NCBI RefSeq assembly: GCF_036321535.1
Contig: NC_087438.1
Span: forward strand, 1-64,000
From: Camelus dromedarius
Lineage: Eukaryota
Length of the DNA: 64,000 nt
Reading direction: 5' to 3'
Positions 63,286 to 64,000 of the stretch are shown here, in pieces (the first letter of the stretch is position 1; each line of letters starts with the position of its first letter). The notes under the pieces are model-generated. The model was not told where the DNA came from. It searched no databases and worked only from the letters and a program-made list of their open reading frames with translations. The position numbers were made by a program, and so were the translations under genes.

Positions 63286-64000
63286 CTCCTTCTCAAACTC
63301 TTCCAAAAAATTGAAGAGGAGAGAATACTTCCCTACTCATTCTCTGAGGCCAGCATTACCCTAATATCAAGGCCAGATAAGACATCACAAGAGAAGAAAA
63401 TTATAGACCAAGATCCCTGATGAATAAAGATGCAAAAAATCCTCATCAAAATTTTAGCAAACAGAATCCAATAGCATACTGGAAAGATTATTCACCACGA
63501 ACAGTGAAATTTATCACAGGAATACAAGGGCAGTCCAACATAAGAAAATCAGTTAATGTAGTACATCACATTAACAGAACAAAGGGAAAAAAACATGATC
63601 ATCTCAACTGATACAGAAAACGTATTTTTAAAATTTCAATACCCTTCATGACAAGAGCTCTCAGAAAACTAGGATTAGAGACAAAAATTATTCAACAGGT
63701 TAAAAAATATTTATGGAAAACCCACAGTTAACATCATACACAATGGTAAAAGACTGAAAGCTCTCTCCTTAAGATCAGGGATCAGCCAAGGATGCATTTT
63801 GCTTCTTCTAGTCAACATTGTACTGGAACTTCTAGCCAGAGCCATTACAGACACAAAAAGAAATAAAAGACATTCAAATTGGAAAGTAAGACGTAAAACT
63901 ATCTCTATTCACAGTGACATGATCCTATATACAGAAAATGCCAAAGAATCCACACACACACACACACACACACAAAAGGTTACTAGAGCTAATAGATAAT
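63286..64000 (+). mobile_element. LINE-1 ORF2 RT fragment in the opposite orientation (runs off the window)
   Basis: cattctctgaggccagcattaccctaatatcaa, gatgcaaaaaatcctc, tattcacagtgacatgatcctatatacagaaaa (RT FADDM region); (CA)n at 63951-63973. Confidence 0.92.

Overview
Left end of a mammalian chromosome, most likely a camelid given a vic-1-type tRNA-Ala-derived SINE. No intact protein-coding gene is recognisable. Layout: (1) 17 non-telomeric bases that match a PacBio barcode as I recall it; (2) ~14.3 kb of (CCCTAA)n, then variant repeats including a 49-bp higher-order unit; (3) an old L1 interrupted by a ~6.4-kb, heavily decayed but collinear mitochondrial insertion (NUMT, minus strand: control region-Phe-12S-Val-16S-Leu-ND1-IQM-ND2-WANCY-5'COX1) that itself carries a SINE with a TSD; (4) an old diverged tandem triplication of a composite L1/unique/LTR unit (~22.6-35.7 kb); (5) a full-length CRABP1 processed pseudogene; (6) GC-rich subtelomeric DNA with L1, LTR, DNA-transposon, MIR and L2 relics, a 40-bp VNTR and a probable twin-primed L1. 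Repeat family names come from recalled consensus sequences, not a database search. I found no convincing novel biological system. The best leads are the telomere-adjacent NUMT and the triplicated unit.
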